Below are positions 20,690 through 29,694 of a stretch of 59,586 nucleotides of DNA, piece by piece. Source of the DNA: a virus. Lineage: Duplodnaviria > Caudoviricetes. Each line of letters starts with the position of its first letter. Position 1 is the stretch's first letter. Location: the IMG/VR virus record IMGVR_UViG_3300026536_000001, positions 1 through 59,586 of that record, one strand, 5' to 3'. The position numbers and the translations under genes were made by a program. The notes below the pieces were generated by a model. It was not told the origin of the DNA and did not search any database. It saw only the letters and a program-made list of their open reading frames with translations.

Positions 20690-21415
20690 ATGCCCAAAGG
20701 TTCACCTCCCGGCCGCCCTTTCAAGAAAGGAGACATCCCGGCCACCAAAGGCAAGCACCAAGTCCGTGGCTATTATCCGGGAACCCGTAAGCAGCGGGAG
20801 AAGGCCCCGCCCCCTCCACCTCCGACCGAGGGTCAGATCATGGACTCCATCGTCCAGAAGTTGAAGGTCGCCGACTCTCCTCTCGCTGTGGCTTTCTCTT
20901 CGCTGGATGGCGGCTGGCGCAACTATATCCGGTACGTGATCCAGGCGGCAAAAGAGGGCGACACTGAGATGCAGCGGTTCATGAACGCGCTCAATGGTCT
21001 TTCCGCACGCGAACGGTTGACGGTCTCTCCCGAAGATGTCTGTGATATGGCTGGTGTAAGTGTGGAGGATCTGATCGGGGCGGTCCTGCCGTTAATTTGG
21101 CGCTACTCCCGCTTGAGAAGTTCCATCGTTGCGGCCACTCACGATCCGGTCGTCCTCCGAACCACAGCGGCGTATGCGATGCGTCCGGATAATCAGCACG
21201 ATCGCGAGATCTTCTTGAAGGCGACAGGAACATTGCCAATTCCGAAAGGCAGTGTGACGGCTATTTTTAATTCCGCTGGTTCTGGGCCTCCCCCTCCGAC
21301 CCCGGCAGGAATCCTTCCCCCGGTATCTTCAGACATTTCAGATATGGAAGCTCTCGACGATAAATTTTCAGCTAGCAACCCCCTTGACACATCATCCAGT
21401 TCGGATGAGAATTGA
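20690..21415 (+). CDS. probable terminase small subunit
   Basis: GRPFKKG N-terminus, directly upstream of terL; its stop TGA is the first base triplet of a guide handle. Confidence 0.55.
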   Translation: MPKGSPPGRPFKKGDIPATKGKHQVRGYYPGTRKQREKAPPPPPPTEGQIMDSIVQKLKVADSPLAVAFSSLDGGWRNYIRYVIQAAKEGDTEMQRFMNALNGLSARERLTVSPEDVCDMAGVSVEDLIGAVLPLIWRYSRLRSSIVAATHDPVVLRTTAAYAMRPDNQHDREIFLKATGTLPIPKGSVTAIFNSAGSGPPPPTPAGILPPVSSDISDMEALDDKFSASNPLDTSSSSDEN

Positions 21416-21530
21416 AGCCGAGAGGCGAAGCGCCGCGTGCCGTCGTGGGACGTAGTGACGTGAAGCGCCGTGAGCCGCGCTGGCGTGTTGTGCCGTGACG
21501 TGAACCGCAGTGGGGTGAGACGAATTCGAG
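21413..21530 (+). ncRNA. YG-NNN guide (20 triplets) complementary to a terL homologue
   Basis: decodes to LPWFVGNARLGFVYPEHGFL vs resident LPWFTGSARLGYIYPEQGFL. Confidence 0.9.
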
Positions 21531-21542
21531 TCCTGACCTGCG

Positions 21543-23696
21543 ATGTACAGCGAAAAAGTCACACAAGCCAAGATCGCGTTCGCGTTGAGGACCGGCTTCT
21601 TGAAAACGGAGCCGGTCTTCCACACCCGCAGCGAGTGTGATGCCGCAGTCTCCCACCTGAAGTCCAACTGGGACGAAGACTCACAGACCTGGAAGCGTGA
21701 GTTAACTCGCGAAGAGATCGCGTTTATAAAAAACGAAAGGTTTCTCTGTCGCGTCAGTTATAATTATTGGAAAACGCGGTACTGCTGGATCAAGTCCCGT
21801 GAAGATAAGCCCATCCGTTACACTCCATGGGTTAGTCAAACAATTCTGACAGACATATTTTCCGAGCACGAGATCGAAGGCATCGCGATCGAGTTACAGG
21901 CACTTAAGGCTCGACAGCTCGGAGTCTCCCGCGAAGTCTCTCTGGCGCAGCTCCATAGAGTTCAGTTCTTCAGTCACATCAACGCCATGATGGCTTCCTC
22001 TGCTCCAGCAAAGACGGCGAAACTCGGCGATATGTTAGCCTTCACGTTGGGTTATCAGCCGCACTGGTTACTGCCTCGTTTCGCTTTCGGCCCCCGTGAG
22101 CAAGCCCAGCACTTCGGCGGGGAGTGGTTCGAGCTAGAGACAGGCTCCTCACTCACACTCCAGTCCGGATCTCAAGTCACTGGTATCGCCCGCGGCACAA
22201 CCCCTACCGTTATTCATATTAGCGAGCTTGCCGAGTTCGAGTACCAAGGTCTCGGCCCCGAAGAAGTCATCGACTCATCTTTATTCCGCGCAGTCCATCC
22301 CTCCGCTCGTGTCTTCATGGTTCTGGAATCCACCGCACTAGGCCAGTTCAATTGGTGGCACAAGAAGTGGCTCTCCTCCAAGTCCGGCTGGCCGACACGC
22401 CGCTCCCGCCTGCGTCCGGTCTTCCTTCCATGGTTTACCGGAAGTGCGCGTTTGGGCTATATATACCCAGAACAAGGATTTTTGGACCGCTCTCCCGTCC
22501 CCGCCAACTACTCTCCCGCACTCTGGGCTCTCGAACACGCCAAGCGAGCCGAAGATTACGTCAAGTCGAACGATACTCTGCGGGCGTACATGGGAAGCAA
22601 CTGGACGATGCCTCGCGAACAAATCTGGTTCTACGAAGTCGAGCGCCAGCAAGCCGTTAACGAAAATCGCTTGAATAAATTTTTTCAAGAGATGCCAAGT
22701 AGTGATGACGAGGCTTTTCAAAGTACGAACGTCTCGGTCTTCTCCACTGAAACCATCACCGCGCACCGCGACCGCACCCGCGCTCCACTCGGCGTCTACG
22801 GCTTGATCGGCCCGGATATGTCCCCCCGCACGGTCCTCTTCTCCCGCGCTCACATCGATCCCAACTCTAAACCGATTGTGATCGATTATCCGTGGGGCGC
22901 TCACCCGCACCAATACGAACTGGTCCCTCTACGCTGGGACGGTTACGCGACCGATGACGGTTTAGACAAACTCTACATTTGGGAGATGCCCGAAGACGGC
23001 CAGATCTACGGCCTCGGTGTGGACACCGCCGACGGTATAGGTAAGGACCGCTCAACCATAGAGGTATTAAGAAAAGGCTCTCCTCTTCAACGGGCGGGTC
23101 AGTGTGCGGAGTTCGCCTCGGATAAGATCAACGCTTTGGACTTGACCCCATACATGATGGCTTTGGGAGCTCTCTTCAGTGTCAAAGACACGGATGGGAA
23201 TCGTCGTCAGTGCCGTGCGGCGATTGAATGCCGGGGCAAGGGTGATCTCTCCCAATTGGGCATGAGAATCGATGGCTGGAGAAATTTTCACCCTTGGCAA
23301 CGTATTGATTCTAAAACCATTTCTCCCGACAAAGTAAGCAAGTTAGGGGTATTTACAAACGAATGGTTTCGTCAATCGATTCAAGAATATCTGGTGAAAT
23401 TCCTTCGCGATGAAGAGGTTGAAATTCTCTCGCCGTTCCTTGTGAGTGAAATGCAGTCCCTTGAGTCTCGTGAGGACGTGCAGAGCTTCCGCGCGACATA
23501 CGGCGGCCACGATGACAGAGTGATGTCGCTCGGTTTTATCCTCATTTCGTTATATCAGTACGAGCCCAATCGTCCTGTTGCTGCACTGACACAGACGAAG
23601 CAATCGCGGGGGCAAGTTCGATTTGAACGCAAATACGCTTCCTGGCGACCCAACGATCAGGAGCGCCTGACTACTTTAGATGACGCCAGCGTATGA
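21543..23696 (+). CDS. terL: terminase large subunit
   Basis: LKARQLGVS Walker A, HISE Walker B, LESTA, GVDTADG and HDDRVM RNase H-like motifs. Confidence 0.92.
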   Translation: MYSEKVTQAKIAFALRTGFLKTEPVFHTRSECDAAVSHLKSNWDEDSQTWKRELTREEIAFIKNERFLCRVSYNYWKTRYCWIKSREDKPIRYTPWVSQTILTDIFSEHEIEGIAIELQALKARQLGVSREVSLAQLHRVQFFSHINAMMASSAPAKTAKLGDMLAFTLGYQPHWLLPRFAFGPREQAQHFGGEWFELETGSSLTLQSGSQVTGIARGTTPTVIHISELAEFEYQGLGPEEVIDSSLFRAVHPSARVFMVLESTALGQFNWWHKKWLSSKSGWPTRRSRLRPVFLPWFTGSARLGYIYPEQGFLDRSPVPANYSPALWALEHAKRAEDYVKSNDTLRAYMGSNWTMPREQIWFYEVERQQAVNENRLNKFFQEMPSSDDEAFQSTNVSVFSTETITAHRDRTRAPLGVYGLIGPDMSPRTVLFSRAHIDPNSKPIVIDYPWGAHPHQYELVPLRWDGYATDDGLDKLYIWEMPEDGQIYGLGVDTADGIGKDRSTIEVLRKGSPLQRAGQCAEFASDKINALDLTPYMMALGALFSVKDTDGNRRQCRAAIECRGKGDLSQLGMRIDGWRNFHPWQRIDSKTISPDKVSKLGVFTNEWFRQSIQEYLVKFLRDEEVEILSPFLVSEMQSLESREDVQSFRATYGGHDDRVMSLGFILISLYQYEPNRPVAALTQTKQSRGQVRFERKYASWRPNDQERLTTLDDASV

Positions 23697-23917
23697 ACGA
23701 AAAGGTCTTTCAATCCAGTCACTTGCAACGCGGCGTTTACGATCCGGCGACGGGGAACCTAGAGATCGAGTTCGTCAATGGTCAACGCTATACTTACGAG
23801 GGCGTGCCGCAAGAGAAATGGGAGGCCCTGACACGAGCGGTATCCCCCGGAAAGTTCTTGCATAACTGGATCAAAGGATCGCATAATTCTCGACCGATGG
23901 GCACCTCTGAGACCTGA
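23693..23917 (+). CDS. KTSC domain protein
   Basis: YDPATGNLEIEFVNGQRYTYEGVP..SPGKF..IKG. Confidence 0.9.
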   Translation: MNEKVFQSSHLQRGVYDPATGNLEIEFVNGQRYTYEGVPQEKWEALTRAVSPGKFLHNWIKGSHNSRPMGTSET

Positions 23918-24035
23918 AGCCGAGGCTCGATTTGGAGCGTGTCGCGACGGGTTGAAGCGGGGTGAGACGAATCCGAGTAGCGATGTGTAGCGTAGCGAGG
24001 CGTCGTGGTTTGATCTGGCCTGCGGTGAAGCCGAG
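23915..24035 (+). ncRNA. YG-NNN guide cassette, 2 units (terL sense; portal antisense)
   Basis: decode to AIECRGKG and RAITDLYYIY. Confidence 0.9.
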
Positions 24036-24052
24036 TAGCGGAGGACTGAGGG

Positions 24053-24724
24053 GTGCCCGTCGTAGACTACCGCTGTTCCAGTTGCTTCAGAGATGACTCT
24101 CATTATTATCCGTTAGCCTCGTTTCCATACCCCGAGGTTATCCAGTGCCCATTTTGCGCTTCGCAGTCCGAACGCAACTACATGGCCGGTTCTCCATCAG
24201 TCGGTTTTTCTCCTATAGTCATACATATCCGAAAAGATACTGGTGAAGTCTCGATCCCAGGCCGAGTGGATGATCCGGTTGAAAAAGGCTACGAACGAGT
24301 CGAAATACGAGACTTTAGAGCCTATGAAAAATTCCGCCGTCACGTCGAGTCTGTTGAGAAAGAGAAGTCGCAGTTCTTCATGGAAGCGTCGAATGCTTTC
24401 TTTGATGATGTCCGGCGCGAACATCGCCAATCCCAACGTACTCGTATCGAACAAGCCATCCGTCAAGGAGGCTATGAAGCCACCTATATCGATGAAGACG
24501 GCAACGAAAAGAAGCGATGGGCCCCTATAACCCAACGTGCTCGGTTCCTCTTCGATCTCGCGTGTAAGTATACGGACCGTACTCGTGATGAGCGCCGTAA
24601 GAAGCTGGCATCTGGCTCCCCCAACTTCCACTCCCGCGCCCTCGAACACAGGTCCTCTGAGGCTAGTGTCGTTTCGGGTGAAGCCAAACGCGCCTCCCTC
24701 TTCTTCCGCAAGGGCAAGCCGTGA
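24053..24724 (+). CDS. FmdB-like zinc-ribbon protein
   Basis: MPVVDYRCSSC..CPFC. Confidence 0.7.
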   Translation: MPVVDYRCSSCFRDDSHYYPLASFPYPEVIQCPFCASQSERNYMAGSPSVGFSPIVIHIRKDTGEVSIPGRVDDPVEKGYERVEIRDFRAYEKFRRHVESVEKEKSQFFMEASNAFFDDVRREHRQSQRTRIEQAIRQGGYEATYIDEDGNEKKRWAPITQRARFLFDLACKYTDRTRDERRKKLASGSPNFHSRALEHRSSEASVVSGEAKRASLFFRKGKP

Positions 24725-26793
24725 GATCCGACACCGGTAATTTTTACTTGGCCCCACCGATACTCAACCAGGATGGCGAGACTCCCACTACTGACGAACT
24801 CCTCGGCTGGACAAAAGAGTTCCGTCAACAAGCGCAGTCATACCTAAGGCTGCAACCAGCGCACCCGTACATCCAAGATGGTCTCGACCTCATCAACGGA
24901 GACTTCGCTAAATCGACCGTCTCGACTCTCTCCAACGCCCGCACCGACTTGACCGTACGTAACGAAAAAGAACTGATCGCCGCTCAGACCAACCTCCGCA
25001 TCATCCCGGCCATCACCACCTCCATCGAAGCCTTCAAAGAGCAAGGCGTTTTATTAGATAAAAGTTGGATGTGGTGGCAGCAGAAAACCTTCGCCGATCG
25101 CGTGATCCGTCAAGCCTGGCAGAACGCCGTGGCTTTGGGCACCGGCTACTGTTCGATCGGCTACGACCCGGACTACTACTGTGCTGGTAAAGGCGAGATC
25201 GCCCTCCGTTCTCATGGCCCTCTCGATATCCTCCCGATCGGCCTCCCGCACGACCACAGTATCCAAAAGGCATATGCGGTCGCCATCAAAGTCCCCACGC
25301 CCTACCACCAAGTCATCGAAATGTTCCCGGACTTCCGCGATCAGATCCGCCCCACCACCGAGATGAAGGGCCGCGGCACCGTCATGGCCCAATCGGTCAA
25401 GTTCGCTTCGGCCGTCCTCAAACGTTTCGGTCCGACCGCGATTCAGGAACGCGAGCCGATGCCGTGGGCGATGACGGATTTATTTTACATTTATATCGAC
25501 GACCGCACCGTCAACCGCACCGGCAAAACCATCGCCATGGGCGACCCCCACACCTCCTGGGAGTACTTCGTCCCTTCTGTCGGCGATCTGATCGAGACCG
25601 GCCGCGACGACGAAGGCAAGTCCGTTTACAAACAAGCGACTCCGGAAGACTGCCGCTTCTATCCGAACCGCCGCCGGATCATCTGCACCGATAATTTAAT
25701 CCTCACTCCCGACCCGACTCTCCAGGTCAACCCGGCCTGGCACGGCAAGGTCCCCGTCGTTCAATTCCGCGCCGATGACTGGCCTTGGATGTTTCTCGGT
25801 TTCCCCCTCTCCAAAGCCGGAATGCTGCTGGAAAAAGCCAATACCGAGCTCCTGCGCGGCATCGTCGATATGATGAACGTGCGCCTCTCCCCACCGACCG
25901 GCTACGATCGTAACACCATGGCCCGCTCCCTAGCCGAAACCATCAATCTGCGCGTCCCCAACCAACGCCTCGGCCTCGATTACGGCCTGGGTGGCGACCA
26001 ATTCAAACCCCTCCTCCCGGTCGAGTTCCTGAACGTCCCCTCCAACATCCCGGAATTGATCACTCAAAACGAAGCCCGTCAGACGCACTACATGGGAGTG
26101 GCCGACGCTTCGGCCCTGACCCGTGCCCGCCAGCTCCCGGCCGGAGATTCCACCGACCGCTTATTAGAAGCCCTCGGTCCTCTGGTTAAAGATATGTCCC
26201 GGAACATGGAGCTCTCGGTCACCGGGATTGGCGAGATGTGGGTTCCGCTCGTGTTTCAGTGGTGGAAGGCGGGGAAGCGTTTCCAGATCTTTGGTGAAGA
26301 CGGACTCGTTGAAGAGGATATCGATTTCAACCCCGGTTCTCTGGTCCCTCAGGACGTTCTCTCTCTCCCCAAACACTCCTCCTACTTTGAACGCGCCCGG
26401 AAACATTGCGCTCATTTCCACTATGCGATCGAGCCGTACAGCCTGCACGAACTCAATTCGATGACACGGAAGATGGCCTTCCTCCAGCTTTCCCGCTCCG
26501 GCTTCCCGATTTCCTGGAAGACCCTAGCCCGAGTATGGGATGTCAAGAACTTCGACTTCGACCCCAAAGATACCGATCCGTCCAGCCCGAATTTCGGCAA
26601 GAGCCTCCAGGGAGAGTTCCCGATCTGGCTGGCCCAACAAGAGATTATGGCTCGAATCGCAATGGCCACGGGAGGCGGAGGCGGTAAAGGGAAAGGTCCT
26701 CAAGGACGTCCTCCTACGGGTCAGCAGCCGCCTTCTTTGGAGCAAAAAGGCGGGTTTGGTGGGCGCTCCACCATCCGCGAATCCAGGAGGTAG
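24721..26793 (+). CDS. portal protein
   Basis: 690 aa after terL; LGTGY..GYD, HGKVPVV motifs typical of podophage portals. Confidence 0.8.
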   Translation: MRSDTGNFYLAPPILNQDGETPTTDELLGWTKEFRQQAQSYLRLQPAHPYIQDGLDLINGDFAKSTVSTLSNARTDLTVRNEKELIAAQTNLRIIPAITTSIEAFKEQGVLLDKSWMWWQQKTFADRVIRQAWQNAVALGTGYCSIGYDPDYYCAGKGEIALRSHGPLDILPIGLPHDHSIQKAYAVAIKVPTPYHQVIEMFPDFRDQIRPTTEMKGRGTVMAQSVKFASAVLKRFGPTAIQEREPMPWAMTDLFYIYIDDRTVNRTGKTIAMGDPHTSWEYFVPSVGDLIETGRDDEGKSVYKQATPEDCRFYPNRRRIICTDNLILTPDPTLQVNPAWHGKVPVVQFRADDWPWMFLGFPLSKAGMLLEKANTELLRGIVDMMNVRLSPPTGYDRNTMARSLAETINLRVPNQRLGLDYGLGGDQFKPLLPVEFLNVPSNIPELITQNEARQTHYMGVADASALTRARQLPAGDSTDRLLEALGPLVKDMSRNMELSVTGIGEMWVPLVFQWWKAGKRFQIFGEDGLVEEDIDFNPGSLVPQDVLSLPKHSSYFERARKHCAHFHYAIEPYSLHELNSMTRKMAFLQLSRSGFPISWKTLARVWDVKNFDFDPKDTDPSSPNFGKSLQGEFPIWLAQQEIMARIAMATGGGGGKGKGPQGRPPTGQQPPSLEQKGGFGGRSTIRESRR

Positions 26794-26796
26794 CTT

Positions 26797-27105
26797 ATGC
26801 CCGAACAGGGTCCGATGAAATTCCGCAAGAAGCCAATCGTTATCGAAGCCATCCAACTCCGCTGGGATACCTGGGGTGCGGTCTGCGACTTCGTGCCGCG
26901 TCCCTGGTTCCTCTCCGGCGTTTATCTCGATCCAGATGGCAAGGAAACGACCGATACCAACGGCCGCTGCGGGCTGCGGATGAAGACCCTCGAATCCGAA
27001 GAGTTTATCGCCCAAGAAGGGGATTGGATTGTGAAGGGCATCGGTGGAGAATTTTATCCAGTCCGCGACAATATTTTCCGTGAAACCTACGATCCTGTCG
27101 AATGA
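26797..27105 (+). CDS. conserved phage protein
   Basis: FRKKPIVIEAIQ..TLE..GDWIVKGIGGEFYPV..IF.ETYD. Confidence 0.8.
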   Translation: MPEQGPMKFRKKPIVIEAIQLRWDTWGAVCDFVPRPWFLSGVYLDPDGKETTDTNGRCGLRMKTLESEEFIAQEGDWIVKGIGGEFYPVRDNIFRETYDPVE

Positions 27106-27279
27106 GGAGGTGAGCGATGCCCGCCCAACGATTCACCAAAAAAGCGAACACGCCGAAACGTCGTCGGCAATGGCAGCACGTTTATGACTCTGCCCTCCGC
27201 CGCGGGGCTTCCGAAGGCTCCGCGATTGCTCAAGCCTCCGGAGTGATTAAAAGATCTCGCCGTCGAGGGGGGCGCTCCC

Positions 27280-27516
27280 GTGGCCGCCGATAACGGAACC
27301 GCCAACACCGGCAATACCGGCAGCGTCGCCAACACCACCTTGGTCGTCCACCACCCCGTCGCCGACCTGGACCGCCTCCTCGCCGAGATTCACCGTATCC
27401 AGTTCACGGGTTCGATCACCCTCAATTTCTCGCAAGGCTCCCCCTCTGGCACGGTTGAGGTGAAACAAAAGGTTCAGGCCAGCTTTTTCGAGATTTCCGG
27501 CTTCTTGAACGGGTAA
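27280..27516 (+). CDS. hypothetical protein
   Basis: FTGSITLNFSQG motif. Confidence 0.5.
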   Translation: MAADNGTANTGNTGSVANTTLVVHHPVADLDRLLAEIHRIQFTGSITLNFSQGSPSGTVEVKQKVQASFFEISGFLNG

Positions 27517-27661
27517 GGCTGGTTTGATAAAATAAGAATCATTGAAAATTTCCCCTTGACATTCCCATCTCCTCAATCCTACCTTTTCCCATTGTACGAG
27601 TTGGGAACTTGAAGGATCGTTCTTAGAGAGAACATCGGCCCTTTAAGAACGGTATCCGCAG

Positions 27662-27708
27662 AAAGCCCATTCCTGTGAGTCGCGTGCTCACCGGGATGGG
27701 CTTTTTTA
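27662..27708 (+). terminator. Rho-independent terminator-like hairpin
   Basis: AAAGCCCAT(T)CC..GGATGGGCTTTTTT. Confidence 0.7.
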
Positions 27709-27977
27709 TTTCCCATTTCGTAGCGATCCCCAGTACCGATAGCCCACCGGCTGTCGGGGAAAGGAGGCTCCCATGATCGGTCATTTTGAGTACGCCGAGC
27801 GCGGGCGTCGTCGAGGGCGTCGGCGCGGCCGGAAGCGGTAGGTTCCTGTCCGTGTCAGTTGTCCGGGACCGTTCTTCCCGGACTGTTGTGAGGGAGAGGG
27901 GCCCGGTTCCCACCCATCAGGTTCCAGTCTCCTCTCCTTCGTTCATTCTTCTTTATTCTTTTTCGCTGGAGTATTCG

Positions 27978-28085
27978 ATGAGGCACACGGGGATGACTAA
28001 AAGCGGCTTGAAGCGGGGACGCGGTCGCTCGAAAATCCGCACGCCCATGTACACCCGAATCCGCGGTAGAGGACGTAAACGCTAA
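27978..28085 (+). CDS. 35-aa Arg/Lys-rich basic peptide
   Basis: SD GGAG; MRHTGMTKSGLKRGRGRSKIRTPMYTRIRGRGRKR. Confidence 0.55.
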   Translation: MRHTGMTKSGLKRGRGRSKIRTPMYTRIRGRGRKR

Positions 28086-28086
28086 C

Positions 28087-28395
28087 ATGGCGGTCGAGAC
28101 CCCATCCACGCCGGACCCTCAATCCGGAGCGTATGGTGGTGTGCGGCAAATGACCGGTGACGATGGTATGGCCGGTGCGTCTCCATCTCCAGTCCAAGCC
28201 GATCCGGCACAGATGCTCGCCGGAGTCACGTCTCAACTTCGACAAGCCGACCAAGCCGTTAGCGAGATTGCCCGTGCTTTTCCGCAGGCTGCTGCCGAGG
28301 CCAGACGCGCGCGTTCGGCACTACGTTCGCTGCTTCAGAAAGTTGTCAGCGAACCCGGAGGAGGCGCTCCTGCCGCGCCTGTAGGTGAGGTATGA
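28087..28395 (+). CDS. hypothetical protein
   Basis: SD AGAGG, head-gene region. Confidence 0.6.
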   Translation: MAVETPSTPDPQSGAYGGVRQMTGDDGMAGASPSPVQADPAQMLAGVTSQLRQADQAVSEIARAFPQAAAEARRARSALRSLLQKVVSEPGGGAPAAPVGEV

Positions 28396-28442
28396 AAGGT
28401 TTGAGTCGCGAGCGGCCCCATCGGTCAGGGCCGCCCTTGGAA

Positions 28443-28578
28443 CACGATCTCACATCGCGACACGACAACTCACGGCGTTTCACGACAACGCGCGCCACGA
28501 CACCGCACGACGATACGCTTCTCGGATTCGTCTCGCATCAACTCATCTCGCCACGACCCGGGTCGGCCCTCGTATTCA
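28443..28578 (-). ncRNA. YG-NNN guide cassette, 2 units, antisense to the late operon
   Basis: one unit decodes to IDELGFERADREYF vs scaffold IDELGLEGADKDYF. Confidence 0.85.
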
Positions 28579-28598
28579 GTATCGGGATCGCGATCCAC

Positions 28599-28627
28599 AT
28601 TGTATCCCAACGCGCCGGTCTCAACAA
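28599..28627 (-). promoter_or_regulatory. putative antisense promoter TTGTTG-N17-TACAAT for guide cassette
   Basis: located ~20 nt upstream of first handle on minus strand. Confidence 0.45.
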
Positions 28628-28675
28628 CCCTAAATCCGCTGGTTATCAACCAAGAACGGATGGAGGACTGAGGTT

Positions 28676-29659
28676 ATGCCTGTAGACACCAAAAGAGTTC
28701 AAGAATTGATCGATGAGTTAGGTCTCGAAGGCGCGGACAAAGACTATTTCGCCCGCGTTCTCACCACCAATGAGAAGGCGGGCGTTGCTTTTACCGGGCA
28801 GAGAGAGAGGCACGATAGGTTTACGCAGAAGACTCAAGAACTCTCTCAGAAAGAGAAAGAGTTGGAACAACGTGCCAATCAGCGCGACTTGGAGTTAGCG
28901 CAACAGTTAAACGCGGCGGAGGATCGCATCCGCAAAATCATGGCCGACTATGAGACTTCCGAGATCTCTCGTACTAAAGCAGAGACACTTCTTCGCCGTG
29001 TCAAAGAGATTTACAATTTGAGTGACGAAGACATACCGAAGCTCTCCGAGCCTCCCAAGCCCAAAGACACTCCTCCTCTCGACATCGACAAGAAGTTCAG
29101 CGAGTTCAAGGACACACTCCTCAAGGAACTGGCTCCCAACTTCCGCGCCCTCCCTCGAATCAACGTCATTCAGGCAGAGATTTTTGAGAGGCACCGCGAG
29201 CTTACCGGCAAGCGTCTCACCCAGCGCGAAATGGAAGAACTGATGGCCGAATCCATGAAAGACAACGGTCCGACTCTCATGGAAGCTTGGCGCGAAAAAT
29301 ACAAGATCGCCGATATCGAGAAGAAGAAGGAACGCGAGGAGTGGTCCAAAGAGGACCGGCAGAAGTGGGAAGACGAACAGAAAGCCAAGAACAGCGAAGA
29401 AGCGATGCGGCAAGTCCGCTCCACTCCCGACGGCCGCACTCAACACCTCTCTCCGGTCTTCCGCGAATACAAACGGCACGAAGACGGCACCTTCGCTTCT
29501 CAGCAAGCTCCGGATAAGGACAAGAACCGTCCGGCCGACAGAGTACCGGCAGTGCAGAATGGACAGAAGTTGAGCGGAGCCGAACGAGCGGCGAAGAGCT
29601 TCATCGAAAGAAGACAGGCGGGAGTGCCTCTGGGGAAAGAGGCTGTTGGGAAAACCTAG
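28676..29659 (+). CDS. capsid scaffolding protein
   Basis: charged coiled coil (FTQKTQELSQ) upstream of MCP. Confidence 0.7.
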   Translation: MPVDTKRVQELIDELGLEGADKDYFARVLTTNEKAGVAFTGQRERHDRFTQKTQELSQKEKELEQRANQRDLELAQQLNAAEDRIRKIMADYETSEISRTKAETLLRRVKEIYNLSDEDIPKLSEPPKPKDTPPLDIDKKFSEFKDTLLKELAPNFRALPRINVIQAEIFERHRELTGKRLTQREMEELMAESMKDNGPTLMEAWREKYKIADIEKKKEREEWSKEDRQKWEDEQKAKNSEEAMRQVRSTPDGRTQHLSPVFREYKRHEDGTFASQQAPDKDKNRPADRVPAVQNGQKLSGAERAAKSFIERRQAGVPLGKEAVGKT

Positions 29660-29694
29660 CGCGAGGTATAGTGGGCGCGGAGGTTTGAGAGATT

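Noticed and set aside
21413-21530. Pure skip-one (GYG-NN) reading of the guides
   Set aside because: The third base is not constant and restores correct codons (TGG, ATG, D/E and K/N); its G bias mirrors C-ending codons of the target. Whether it base-pairs remains open
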